A stretch of DNA of 62,718 nucleotides, counting the filler, from Stramenopiles sp. TOSAG23-3 (Eukaryota): assembly GCA_900128585.1 (NCBI GenBank). It is 14 parts of 14 records of this genome, joined end to end, with 100 filler letters (N's around TTAATTAATTAA, not from the genome) between each part and the next. Parts side by side here need not be neighbours in the genome. Positions count along the whole stretch, not along the records: positions 31,457 to 35,843 come from LT643848.1; positions 35,944 to 40,329 come from LT643849.1; positions 40,430 to 44,810 come from LT643850.1; positions 44,911 to 49,290 come from LT643851.1; 10 more parts are not named here. One strand, given 5' to 3'. The translations under genes and the position numbers were made by a program. A model generated the notes under the pieces. The model did not search any database. It saw only the letters and a program-made list of their open reading frames with translations, and had not been told where the DNA came from. Of the stretch, positions 33,875-45,450 are shown in pieces (the first letter of the stretch is position 1; each line of letters opens with the position of its first letter).

Positions 33875-34195
33875 AGAAAGAAGAGAAGAAGAAGAAGAAG
33901 AAGAAGAAGAAGAAAAGAAGAAGAAGAAAAAAAAGAAGAGAAGAAGAAGAAAAAAAGAATATAATACCACAGCAGTAATAATAATCATTTTTTAATAATA
34001 ATATAATAAAAAAATTAAAAAAAGAAGAAGAAGAAAAGAAGAAAGAAGAAGAAGAAGAGAAAGAAAGAAGAAGAAGAAAGAAGAAGAAGAAGAAAGAAGA
34101 AGAAGAAGTAAGAAGAAGAAGAAGTAAGAAGAAAGAAGAAGAAGAAGAAGAAGAAAGAAGAAGAAAGAAGAAGAAAGAAGAAGAAAGAAGAAAAG
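33875..34195 (+). repeat. GAA-rich low-complexity tracts
   Basis: Direct inspection. Confidence 0.9.
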
Positions 34196-34329
34196 TATAT
34201 AATTAATAATAATGTAATAATTTGCACCATCTTCTTCTTTTCTTGGTATTAAAATAAGTACACTTTTGCTATTCTAATAACAAACTTTGAGGTGTATAAT
34301 ATAGATGATGAAAGAATTTATACTTTTTT

Positions 34330-35843
34330 TCAAGTCACCCTTTGTTGAATATCGTCTTTCAATTCCAACCATTGCCAAAAGCAATGACTGACGGAAACGT
34401 CAATGTCCCCATGAAAAATAAGGCTAACCATTATGTTCAAAAAGTTTAAAAATTTGCCACGGCGCTCCTCGACAACTTTCAGCGACATGTTCTTGTCACG
34501 ACTAAAGTACTTTGGGGGCAGGTAAGGAATTGTCAATATCGAACCAGAACACAGCTGCAGCAGCCGGTTACGAAGTGTGACAAAGTCGGAGTACCGTTTA
34601 GACGTGGTGTGACTCCGTCCATCGTGGAAAAGGACTTGGATCACGTAGCTGGTGAACGTCTCCTTCTTCTCGCTGGTGATGACGAAGACAGGCTTACGCT
34701 CAAGGTTCAAACGATTGATCAGTATGCTCGTCGTTTCAGAAAGTTCCAACTTGAGGCTCTGCAGCTTTCTGTCGTATTCGTCTTTCCGCCCGTCGAATTT
34801 CCTGTTTAGAAAAGGAGCTGCAAGAATCTCCACCGGCTGCGACGGGGTAGCCGGGGGGGTGGGCACTTTGACCGGCGCGGTTCCGTCCCCAGCCTCGGCC
34901 GATGCCAACAGATCGGTCATAGAAAATCTTGTTTTTAACTCATTGGACAGCTTCAAGCGCTGCAAGTGTTGCTTTCGAACCCCTGCCCCGCCCGCTGACA
35001 AAGAGTTCCCCCTCCGCTTCCGTCGAGCCTCCGGGGACACGAACGGCGGCGGTGTGTGCATAATTTCGTCTCTAATGTTTACCGTGCTGTTCCCTGCCAG
35101 CATTGCCATCATTTCGTCATCGTCGTCGTCGACATATCCTTCGGCGGGTGAGCCAGCCCTACCACTTTGCCCGGCGTTGCTCAGCCTGCGCTCGACTTGC
35201 TCGTTGTGGGCATCCTCCGCGTCCTTGAGCGATCTCAGCTCCATCCTCAACCTTTCACAATTGCACTTGAGTTTCTCGCACTTTTCGTTCGCCCGGTCCA
35301 GGCTCTCCTCCAGCTCTGCCGTGTTGTTCTTCAGCTCCTCATTGAACGATCTCGTCTCCCTGAGTATGCGCTGGACCGCCACGAGCTTTCCGCGAAGGGC
35401 AAGCTTTTCCTTGGTAATTGTGCTGACCGCGGCCTCAGCGGTTTTTACTTCCCCCGTCAGCCATTCTATGGTTTCCATGGCGTCGCTGCCCGAACCCTTC
35501 AACGTGTTCATATGCCTTGCCTGGAACGATGCCGTCGCTTTCATTGCGCCTATTCTGAGCTTATTTTTCACGCTCATTGAGTGCTCTTCTTTCGTCTTGT
35601 TCTTTAGCTTTGCTATTTCGTGCTTCGCCACCTCGTGCTCCCCCTTCAGGCGCTTGTTTTCCTCCACCAACCGCTTGATCTCATTCTCGGACTCTTCCAG
35701 CTCGTTGATCAGCACCTTGTCATCGTGGACCTTACGCACGGACACGCCAGCGTTCGCCCTCAACTCCTCAATGGTCGCATGCAGTTGCTGGTTCTCTTCG
35801 TACAACTTTAGCCCAAGCCTCCCGGCCTCGTCCAACTGTCCCC
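34330..35843 (-). CDS. Coiled-coil protein with C-terminal PX domain (5' truncated)
   Basis: FTSYVIQV...KRYSDFVTLRNRL...PYLPPK...VEERRGKFLNFL = PX signature; frame open to contig edge. Confidence 0.85.
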
Positions 35844-35943
35844 NNNNNNNNNNNNNNNNNNNNNNNNNNNNNNNNNNNNNNNNNNNNTTAATTAATTAAN
35901 NNNNNNNNNNNNNNNNNNNNNNNNNNNNNNNNNNNNNNNNNNN

Positions 35944-37398
35944 CAAATTCGTGTAAATTCTGGAATGGCTAGCAGTGTGCTGACCGACACTAGAGGACTG
36001 ATTGAGCACGTGAGACTCCCGTTCATCACCACAGCCGAACTGGAAAGAGTGTTTAAAGGCATAAACGCCAAAGGCGTGGGGCTTCAAGGTACTTCTTTCT
36101 TTCCGCATTTTATGTGGGACGAGCGCAATGAATTTCAGACGAGAACTGCGAACGCAGACCAGGGACTGAAATTCATTTGCGATGGATGCAACACTGAAAT
36201 TTTGCCGCCTCCTAGATCCGCCCGAGGGACACGTAGTTGGGATCGAAACTATTTCGGGTACGGGGAAATGTCTGTTCAGACAAAATCGTACAGGTTTCGT
36301 TGCACAGTGTGCGAAGATTTCGACTTGTGTGACAAGTGTTTTAGCAAATCGATTGCTTGCGGCAATCATCTTCCAGAGCATGAAATGCGCCCGATTTTGA
36401 ATCGAGCAGACCAGATCAGGAAAAATAACAACCCTAGGTTTCGACTTCGCGTCACAGATGATGTGGCTAAATTGATTGTAGAGACCAAGAAGAAAGCCGA
36501 AGAAAAACGACGACTCCAGAGCCGGATGCTAGAGATGCGAATGAGCAGCTCTTCAATGTTGTTGAGGATGTTCCATGAATCCAATGGTCGAAACAATTTC
36601 GACGAGTTGGCGTTCACACTGCAGCAAGTTCCACCGGAAGCGGTTGTTGTTCGAATGCTACGTCGCGAACAGCAGTTGCGAGGTGCTGCTGACTACCAAA
36701 ACTGTGTCCGCATCCCTAGTCAAAACTGCGTCGAAGTAAATCGACAAATCCAGTTGCAAGTTGTGAGGGAAGAGGGTCTTTCTGATGAAAGCGTCGAGGT
36801 CATCAGAAGCGCCCGTGCCTTGTACCCTGAAAATTCACTGATGAGGACAATACCAAATTATGTTAGGTTCAATCGATCAAAACCTGGCAAAATACAGACT
36901 GGAATGTTGGCAGAAAATTGTCAAGTTTATGACCTTAACGGTGTTCCTGCAACACTTTTGGACTTCAAAAGGACCAGAAGACCACTCGTTATTGCCGCTG
37001 GTTTGGTAACGTGACCCCCATTCCGGGCGTTTGTGGACGACTTGCAACAACTTCATGCAAGGTTCAAACAACGCTCGGATTTTGTGCTGGTGTACATTGC
37101 CGAAGCCCATGCCGCCAACGAATGGCCGGTTGGGGACCAAATTGTAATCGACCAGCCAACAAACCTACTGGAAAGAACTGGAGTCGCAAAAGAGTTTCGA
37201 GACATGTTTGGATTCCCAGACGATTTCCCAATTGTTGTGGACCGCCCAGGAATGGAAAGCTTCGACAATTTGTACGCCTGCTGGCCTACTCGATTTTACG
37301 GTGTGGACAGTGATGGTACGATCGGATACAGGGCAGAGCCCGATGCATCGCACGAGTACCAGCTAAGCTCGCTTCAGGAATGGCTGGAAGACGCCTGA
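35944..37398 (+). CDS. Selenoprotein: ZZ zinc finger + iodothyronine deiodinase-like thioredoxin-fold domain; Sec encoded by TGA at 37012-37014 (probably 5' truncated)
   Basis: ORFs 35965-37014 and 37033-37398 are in one frame; read-through gives RPLVIAAGLVT-U-PPF...DFVLVYIAEAHAANEWP...YACWPTRFY; ZZ CDGC...RFRCTVCEDFDLCDKC...H...H. Confidence 0.9.
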
Positions 37399-37424
37399 TT
37401 GCTATTTTAGGATAATGATAAATG

Positions 37425-37495
37425 CTTTGAATGACGATTTACGGACAGAGAAATTTACTCACACATGTGTGACCTTTGCCGTGTCTGAAAAAACT
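37425..37495 (+). promoter_or_regulatory. Candidate SECIS element (type II-like) in 3' UTR
   Basis: ATGA (37431-34), stem ACGGACAGAG pairing with CTTTGCCGT, unpaired AAA (37451-53), apical palindrome TCACACATGTGTGA, closing TGA (37486-88). Confidence 0.6.
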
Positions 37496-38059
37496 GTTTT
37501 TTTTCATTATTTTGTTGATTTTGTACTACTACTACGAGGAGGAGAAATAATACTAATAAATATAGTTTTGATAGGAGTACTTTTGTATCAAAGAATAGAA
37601 TATTGTATGCACATTCAACTTCCATCTCACTCATTGCCTCGCCCTTGGAATTTTTGAAATCGTTGACCTCCTCGTTGTTGAGCCGTTCTCGCGGTACTGG
37701 TTGAAAATCTCTTTTCTTCTTTGGTGATCCATCCTCCAAAGAAGAATCCGTTGATTCGATATCTCTATAGATCTGGCATATTTTTGGCAAACTACACTCC
37801 TGTGTGTTGTTATATACCTAATATAATTAATATTATACACCACCTATAAATTATAAAAAAATAAAAAAATGATAAAAATATATATTATAATAAAGAAGAA
37901 GAGGTCCTACTATTCATTCTGAAGAGAAAACAAGTTAAAGAAAAATAGAGGATAAGATCATATTTTATATTTTTTGCTTCTTCAGAGGCAGGTTATGGAT
38001 TCAGCAACCCCCTGAGAAAGGACAATGTTGCGACTGGCCCGCCCCGTGTAGACAGCAAT

Positions 38060-40286
38060 TTGTCTGTGCCTGCTACATTCACGGTGAAACAATCCATTGC
38101 CGCCCTTGTCTTTTTTTCGGTGGTGGGTGGAGCTTTCCTATTCTTCATAGCAATAGTCGCCGTGTGCTTTGCTAGAGAAAAGCCTGTGGATAAGCCGTTA
38201 CTAGAGTTTGCGTACAATTTAAGCGTTCTGGAGTACACATTACTCTGCAGTTTGTGGATAATGGGCCCAGTCATTGTAATACACTCACACACCACAGTGA
38301 CCAGGAGAAAATCGATAATGTTCGGCAGTTTTGCTGCCTTTGCTTTCCTCTTGGTTGGAGCCATTGCCGCACTTGGCGGAAAGCCGGATTATTTGCCAAA
38401 CAGCGATTCGTCAGTGACAGGTGCAGCGAGGAGGGGAAGATGTACCCTTTTTGCCCAAGGGCACGCTCTTTCTGTAACTCCTAAACTCTATCATCGGATG
38501 AGATCAGTGTGCCCGTCACTTGCAGATTCCAAAACTTTCGTGGCAGCATTAGGTGGGCTAGAGGAAGCCGGGTTGAACAGTTGGGAGGGCATGATAACGG
38601 CATTAGAGAGCGTTGGAGCGCTGTTCGGCGTTACAATAGAAGAGCCAGAATTTTCCTATATGCCTCTTCTTTGCAATTCAATGTTTCCTCGGTGTTTGCC
38701 GGAGTCGTGCGAATTAACACTCCCCTGCAACTATTTTGACAACAATTGGCATTCAAACATATCTTACGAAAAGCGAAGAGAGATAGTAGTAGAAAAGTTG
38801 GAAATTAAGGAAATGGAGCGCCTTGGTAGTCAATTGTTGACAGAAGTCTCGGACCAACAAACTCATGATTCACTTGCTATTGTGCTGGACTCGTGGTTAA
38901 AAATGCTGCCTTCCCTCCACCATGAATGGAGCCAGTCGGTCAGCAACTGCAGCGCCTGGTCGAACAACACCATGGTTGATTTAAAAGGTGAGGTATGGGC
39001 CAGGGCTTCATCACCCGCATTGTCAACTCTACCTTGCAACATTCATTCCACTGCAACGGAAACCATCGACATGGTCGATAACTCCAAGTACTATAGATGG
39101 GTTCTTTTGCGTCAAACAGCTCTGGTTTCGTCCATAGTCTTGCCGTCGTTATTTGGTATAGGGCTGGCCTATTACGAGATCATCGAGTTCACCCCCCGCC
39201 TCAATGCTACGGCAACCAGCGGGATGACAGCACATCTTCTACAATTGAGCATAGTATTGACAACGCTTCTCTCAGCCACGTTGATGGTGTATGGGGGAAG
39301 TGTTTTGTCGACCGCACGCGAGGATTCTGCGCTTGGGTGGATAATAGTCGCCGTTTACTTTGCCATTTCACTTTTAACATATTTTTGTGCAGGCATTTAC
39401 CTGAAAGGCTATGGTAAGGCTGACTCCAAAGGGGCATGGTGGTCACTAATTCCAGGCTGTCGAAAAGCGGCGCAATCAAACTCGGCAGTGTCCTTTTTCC
39501 TGGCTTGCAACAACCCCAAAAAGCCAGAGTATTTGTTCCGAATCCTTTGCATGGAAGGAGTTGAGGTGCTCTTACAATTGGGGGCGATGCTTTCGCCTCA
39601 ACTCCAAAATGGCAGCGTACTTGCTGAATCGATTCTCCCCGTCCCCATCGCGCACGCGACATTTGCTAGTCGTGGAAGTTTTGTTTGACGTGACATTTAC
39701 GTTTTCTGGTTTGCTGCGGCTACGGTCAAACACAAAGCTATCGATTTTGGAGCATTTGGCTTTGATCAAACCTGTCCTTAGCCTGAACGTTGACCTTCAG
39801 GACCTGTTTGTGCTTTTAACGGTGATAGAGTACTCAGGGGGCAACACACAACGAGCGTCTATCTCGTTTGGGCCAAAGCTCAGGGTCAAAACTCGGAGAA
39901 AGCGCTTTCGTGGTCGGACTCACTTTGTTCTGTGGATGTTGCCCATTGTGCTGGGCGCCTTTTCCATCGTGACAATTTGGCGTTTTCTTGCGACAGAGGC
40001 ATCCTGTGAAGATGTTGTGGGGGCAGTGGCCAAGTGTGCTAACGAACGGTTTTATTTCAACGTAAAAAATGGGGTACTGGGCACGACAAGCTGTGCATTT
40101 GATTTGGTAAAAGAATTGAACTGCAGGAACAGGAATATCTTGACTATGCCAGAAGCAATCGGCCGATATAGTCCCTTCATCGAATGGCGTATCGAATGGC
40201 GCATCGAACGGCGTATCGAATGGCGCATCGAACGGCGCATCGAATGGCACATCCGGTGGTTGCTGCATCATCGCTTAAAAATGTGA
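38060..40286 (+). pseudogene. Multi-pass membrane protein with Frizzled-CRD-like Cys-rich domain and start of an LRR; frameshifted near 39590-39690
   Basis: PLLCNSMFPRC...PC (Fz-like); several TM helices; second ORF 39561-40286 in another frame; VKELNCRNRNILTMPEAI then tandem repeat; no in-frame ATG at the 5' end of the ORF. Confidence 0.5.
40179..40250 (+). repeat. Six copies of a 12-bp tandem repeat ATCGAAYGGCRY (IEWR/IERR)
   Basis: Direct inspection. Confidence 0.95.
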
Positions 40287-40429
40287 GATATGTACACATA
40301 AGCACAATTTAGAACTCATACCGGTAGCCNNNNNNNNNNNNNNNNNNNNNNNNNNNNNNNNNNNNNNNNNNNNTTAATTAATTAANNNNNNNNNNNNNNN
40401 NNNNNNNNNNNNNNNNNNNNNNNNNNNNN

Positions 40430-40753
40430 GTCTACCGTACTTCTCCATTCCAACAAGAATCTCCAAAGCGCAGCCCCATACCCTTTAACAAGTGCAACAA
40501 CGCTGCCTTCGACGCCTTGTCCAAGGGTCTGGACTGGACAATGTTGAACTGGGAGGACGACGAGGCTGAATGGCTCGATGGGGCAACGTACGACGAGTTG
40601 AACCGCGAGGCCGACCGGATGGAAAAAATAGAGGAGGGGGACCAGGCCACTGCCAAGAAGAAGAAAACGACTCGCATATCGCCAATAAAGCGCCGTCAAA
40701 TGAAAGGTCGGCGCGCCCACCGGTTGTCGAGAAGCCATGGGTCTTCCCTGTGA
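40430..40753 (+). CDS. 3' end of a hypothetical protein (5' truncated)
   Basis: Frame open from contig edge: VYRTSPF...LDWTMLNWEDDEAEWLDG...; GC-rich. Confidence 0.55.
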   Translation, partial: VYRTSPFQQESPKRSPIPFNKCNNAAFDALSKGLDWTMLNWEDDEAEWLDGATYDELNREADRMEKIEEGDQATAKKKKTTRISPIKRRQMKGRRAHRLSRSHGSSL

Positions 40754-41002
40754 GGAGGGCTGGGCCGGTGCGGAAGAAATAAAAATGACCACAACAGGGA
40801 AAGGACGGGTCTGCCCACAGATAGACTGAACATGTACAAAGTAAATAAATTAAATCAGACCAGTAACATTGCAGTCAATCAAAAACACTGTAGGCTATGG
40901 TGAAATAATACACACTACTGACGCATAACGTACTTCTTAGGCACACACAGCGCTCTCGATTGAGGCCCACTTCCTCCTAACTTGTTCCCTCGTGTAACTT
41001 AT

Positions 41003-42139
41003 TTATACAAGAAGGTTGGAGTAGAAGTTCTTGGATTGGGCGCGGCGGGCCTTGCGGGCCTTGGCGGCGGCTCTACGGGCGGTGGCAACGGCAGCGTTCT
41101 TGGATTTGGCGGCTTCCTGGCGGCGCATTTCGGCGCGTCGCAATACGATGGCGTATGGGTTCAACTTGACCATGGCGCCCAAGTTCTTCAATGGGTTCTT
41201 CTTCAATACGAACTTGGCGTCGTTGCGTTTGGCGGGGCGTACAACGGATTGGACTTCGTCACTGTTGATGATACGGGCCAAGTCGGCGTTCGCCATGATG
41301 TGCTTTGGTGGCTGGAACCCACTCTTTTGGGTGGATTTAGCGGTGGCGGTTCCGAAGATACTGTCCAACTTGTTGAATGCGGACTCGGTGAACACGATCA
41401 AGCGTCCCATGTGGCTACCTGGGGCAAGGGTCAAAAGGTTCAAGCGGTCGACTTGGCAAAGCTCAACGCCTGGCAAGTTGCGGAACCCTAGCTGAATGCC
41501 TGCGGCCTGGTCGTATACGATCAATGGGCCGCGGCGGGCGGTGTAGCGGTTGTTGCGCATTTTGCCTTGGCCAGCACGTACCTTGCGGGAGTTGCGTGCT
41601 TTGTCGACGTCGGCGGAGACGCCAAGGGCTTTCAAGACGGCGTAGGCCTTGGAGGTCTTGTTGATGGACTGGATGGCGTCGTCAACAACGAGGGGGATCT
41701 CGCCGACGGCGTTAACCCGGTGGCCACGGGCCATGACAAGGGCCGGGAGGGCACTGGCGGCAAGGGCACTGCAAGTCGCGTAGCGGCGAGAGCTTACAGG
41801 CACACGTCGGTGCCATTTTCTCCATTGGCGGGTGGGTGCGAACATGCGACCACTGCGGCACATGTTACCGAAGGCGGCTTGGCCGGCACGGTGGGTACCG
41901 CCACCAGCAACACGTGGGATACGGGATACGGCACGACCGGTACCCCACGATTCGGCGGAGTGTTCCATACCCGCATCGTTCTTTACAGCGTAGGCTTGAC
42001 GCTTGTTCTTGGCAACGTTCGTGTGTACGAAGTTGACAACATCTGGGCGGATGGGGGAGCTGAATACGAAAGGCATGGTTGCAGTGCCTTTGGTGTTCCC
42101 GTCAATGCCGAATACGTTTACTTGTGCGCGAGTGGCCAT
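41003..42139 (-). CDS. RPL4: 60S ribosomal protein L4 (uL4)
   Basis: SAESWGTGRAVSRIPRV, AFGNMCRSGRMFAP, KKNPLKN motifs; strong codon bias. Confidence 0.98.
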   Translation of the reverse strand: MATRAQVNVFGIDGNTKGTATMPFVFSSPIRPDVVNFVHTNVAKNKRQAYAVKNDAGMEHSAESWGTGRAVSRIPRVAGGGTHRAGQAAFGNMCRSGRMFAPTRQWRKWHRRVPVSSRRYATCSALAASALPALVMARGHRVNAVGEIPLVVDDAIQSINKTSKAYAVLKALGVSADVDKARNSRKVRAGQGKMRNNRYTARRGPLIVYDQAAGIQLGFRNLPGVELCQVDRLNLLTLAPGSHMGRLIVFTESAFNKLDSIFGTATAKSTQKSGFQPPKHIMANADLARIINSDEVQSVVRPAKRNDAKFVLKKNPLKNLGAMVKLNPYAIVLRRAEMRRQEAAKSKNAAVATARRAAAKARKARRAQSKNFYSNLLV

Positions 42140-43363
42140 GGTTTAAAGTTGTGCTGTAAAATTTGTAATAAATGTTTATACTATTTCTGTTTTGTTGCAA
42201 TAGAATTGTTTCGTCCCAAGGCAAAAATCCAGTAACTACTTTCGCGTATACCTCGTCCATTCCATTCATGTCTACTTGCGTATGCATTCCATGAACATCA
42301 AACTTACATACACCTCCCCTCCCTCATTTTTACTTCGATCACAAATTCCCTTTTTCTTTTTTTGTAAATTTCTTCTTCTTCTTCTTCTTCTTCTTCTTCT
42401 TCTTCTTCTTCTTCTTCGTCTTCTTCAATGGTATTTAATGTATTAAAACAATGAGGAAAGTAGGATGATGGGATGGTGCTTTCCTCACCATTGCTTTTTA
42501 CTATTGAATTAGTATTGACATTTGCCAATTTCACAGACATCAAATAGGAAAAATAGGAATAAAGGAAAGAGAAAGGAAAAGAAAGAAAACATATAATAAT
42601 ACTACAAGTTATTCGTAGTGTAGGTTAGGTATAAATAAATAAATACAATATTGTTAAACTAAAAAATAAAAAAAGGGAATAGATGCTCTGTCTATCTTAC
42701 TCATTGGATACATCTTTATTCTATTATACATGAACAGAACAAGGGAAACGTGTCCCAACCATTCATTTTTAAACATAGTGTTTTGATTAGGGTTTAAAAC
42801 CAAAGATGAAGTCGACTCCAAATTCACATTAAATAGGGTATATTTGTATTGTACTATGTTTTACAAGTATGAATTGGATAATATGAGGCTGTTAATGTTA
42901 TCTATATGTATGGAATGGAATGCAGCCGATAAGTAATTTACCTAGGTATAACAACTACAAATATTTCGTATTGATCATATTGTTATAATTCACTGGTCCT
43001 TGGAGAGCGAAAGAGCGAAGAAGAAAACAACTAACAATGAAAAAAAAAGAAGAAGAAAAGGTAAAAAAAAAATATTATTATAAATATAAATATTTTGCTG
43101 TAGGTAGTATAAAATATAATAAAATTAAAAAAATGTGGAAGGAAATCAAAAAATATTATTATTACCTGTCTACACTTAGACTCTTCTTTGTAGAATAGAA
43201 AACGAAGGTGACTGTAACCTTAACCGCTTTGTTTTACGATATCATCAAATTGGACGGAAGGAAACGCTTTTTATTGGCTATAAACGTTTTGGAGCAAAAC
43301 GAAACAACCACTATAGTATATATACTACAACCACCACCAGTATCAACCCAGTATAATATTACG

Positions 43364-44810
43364 ATGAGCGCCGAACCGTACGCCGATGGAATGGTCCAGA
43401 GCACCAAGGACTTTTTTACGACTTTCTACAGTGCCTTTAGCTCAGGGAACATGCAAGAGTTGAGGCACCACTACTTCTTCGGGTTCAAAGACCAAGAGCA
43501 GAAGTACTACAAGGACTCCCCGTGGCCGGACGTGGACGCCGTAGCGCCGCTTTGCCAGGAAGACCGCCTGTTTCAAATGCTGTACAAAGAGTATACCATT
43601 CGCCACTTGCACGGGATCCACCAGGCCCCGATACCCGTGAAGATCGACGCGTACCACCACTTCGTCGAGCTGTTTAAGTTTATCATCGAGTGGGGGGGGG
43701 AAATCCCGTTCCAGCTGCCGCTGGAATGGCTGTTTGAGATCATCAATGAGTTCGTCTACCAGTTCCAAGACTTTTGGCAGGGCCAGCACAAGGTGAACAA
43801 GAACACCGGGACCCCCTCGCTCTCGGAGGGGGACAAAGAGCTCTTGAAGGAAAACCCGGATGCGTGGAGCCCAGGCCAGGTCTTGTACTACCTCGGCGAG
43901 CTTCAGAAGTCTTCCGCGATCAAGGAGGCCATCATCGCCGACCGCGACGGCCGGCCGCTGCCGGAGGTCCCGTGCCAAATTTTGCACATGCTTGGGTACT
44001 TCGCCATCATCGGGGAGAGCCGTATCCACCTGATGCTTGGCGACTACCGCGCGGCCATCAAGGCGTTGGACGTCATCGACCTCTCCCAGATCGGACTTTT
44101 TTCGCGGGTTCGCAAGTGCCACGTGATGCTCTTTTACTGCGCAGGGTTTGCGTACATGATGCTTCATAGGTTCCACGACGCCACCCGGACCTTTTCCAAG
44201 ATGATCGTCTACCTTCAGCGGGAGACGCGGAACAGCAACAAGAAGAAAACGGACTTCGAAGCGTTTGTACAAAAGAAACACGATCAAATGTTAAATTTAT
44301 TGGCCATCATGCAGTCCGTCTCGAGCGCGTTGCGCGTGGACAGCGTGGTCACGAAGAAGATCAATGGGACCCTGGAGACCAAGCTGGCCCGCATCCAACG
44401 CGGCGAGGAGAAAGTGTACGAGGAGCTGTTCAAGTTTGGTTCCCCGAAGTTCGTCAACCCGTTCCCCTACGACAGCCGGTACAACGAGCCCTACGACGCC
44501 CACCAGACGCAGGCCGCCCCGTTCTTGAACGAGGTCCGCCAGCGCAAAAACGTCAACGAAGCAACCTTTTATTTGAAACTCTACACAACTGTCACGATCG
44601 ACAAACTGTGCACGCTACTGCAGAACAAGGGCGAAATGAAGAAAGACGCCATGGTAGCACACTTATTGTTTTTGAAGCACAAGTCGATGGAAAAGGTATG
44701 GAAAAGTGGAAACCCATTGAGTGGAAAGACCAAGTCCATGGGCGACGTTCACTTTTTTATCAAAGGGGAGTCGGTGAACATAACCAATGTAGATAAAGTG
44801 TCTGCGAAAG
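43364..44810 (+). CDS. EIF3L: Translation initiation factor eIF3 subunit L (3' truncated)
   Basis: LPLEWLFEIINEFVYQFQDF, LGYFAIIG...HLMLGDY, GFAYMMLHRFHDA, YLKLYTT motifs. Confidence 0.93.
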
Positions 44811-44910
44811 NNNNNNNNNNNNNNNNNNNNNNNNNNNNNNNNNNNNNNNNNNNNTTAATTAATTAANNNNNNNNNNNNNNNNNNNNNNNNNNNNNNNNNN
44901 NNNNNNNNNN

Positions 44911-45425
44911 GGATTAGCAATGCTTCCAGATGACCCATAATCAACTTCCTCGTCCGGTGTCTCATTCATAGGTGACTCATTCCTTGTGTGATTTTCAAAG
45001 CAGCGGCATAATTGTTTTAGAGGTACTCGTTGTCTGTCATGTAAATTACTTAAATAATAACCGCCAATTTTTCGTTTTTAATTAAATAAAACAAGAAAAT
45101 TGGCTGTTATTTAAATAATTAAAATTAATGTACTGCGAACTGAAGTCTAGATTTAGACATTCAAGGCTTACATTCCTTCATGTACTGCGAACTTATCTTT
45201 GCTTTTTTGTTTTAATAATCGATATACCCTTGTCACTTAGTTGTTGACTATTATTTCTTGTTTTTAGAAAAAAAATAATTATATTGTGTTGTTTTTAAGT
45301 ATTTTAACTTCGCAGTACATGAAGGAATGTAAAACCTTTACTGGACAAAAGGAGCAGATTCATTTTCGCGGTACACGAGAAAGCTAAATTTTAATTACTT
45401 AAATAACAGGGCCAATGTTTTGTTT
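44911..45425. repeat. Dispersed repeat cluster: module B (minus, 44911-45040) and module A in both orientations
   Basis: Matches 27730-27860, 27521-27700 and 1-100; internal inversion GTACTGCGAA / TTCGCAGTAC. Confidence 0.85.
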
Positions 45426-45450
45426 TTAAGTATTTTTTACATTTTTGGTT

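Noticed and set aside
37012-37014. Internal TGA as pseudogene stop or UGA=Trp code
   Set aside because: It falls exactly at the deiodinase Sec position with intact frames on both sides; other genes use TGG for Trp and TGA as stop.
37600-37790. Minus-strand coding-like patch (GSPKKKR...)
   Set aside because: Short, has no convincing start, and runs into AT-rich sequence; insufficient evidence.
40179-40250. CRISPR-like array
   Set aside because: Contiguous 12-bp tandem units without spacers; no cas genes; eukaryotic DNA.
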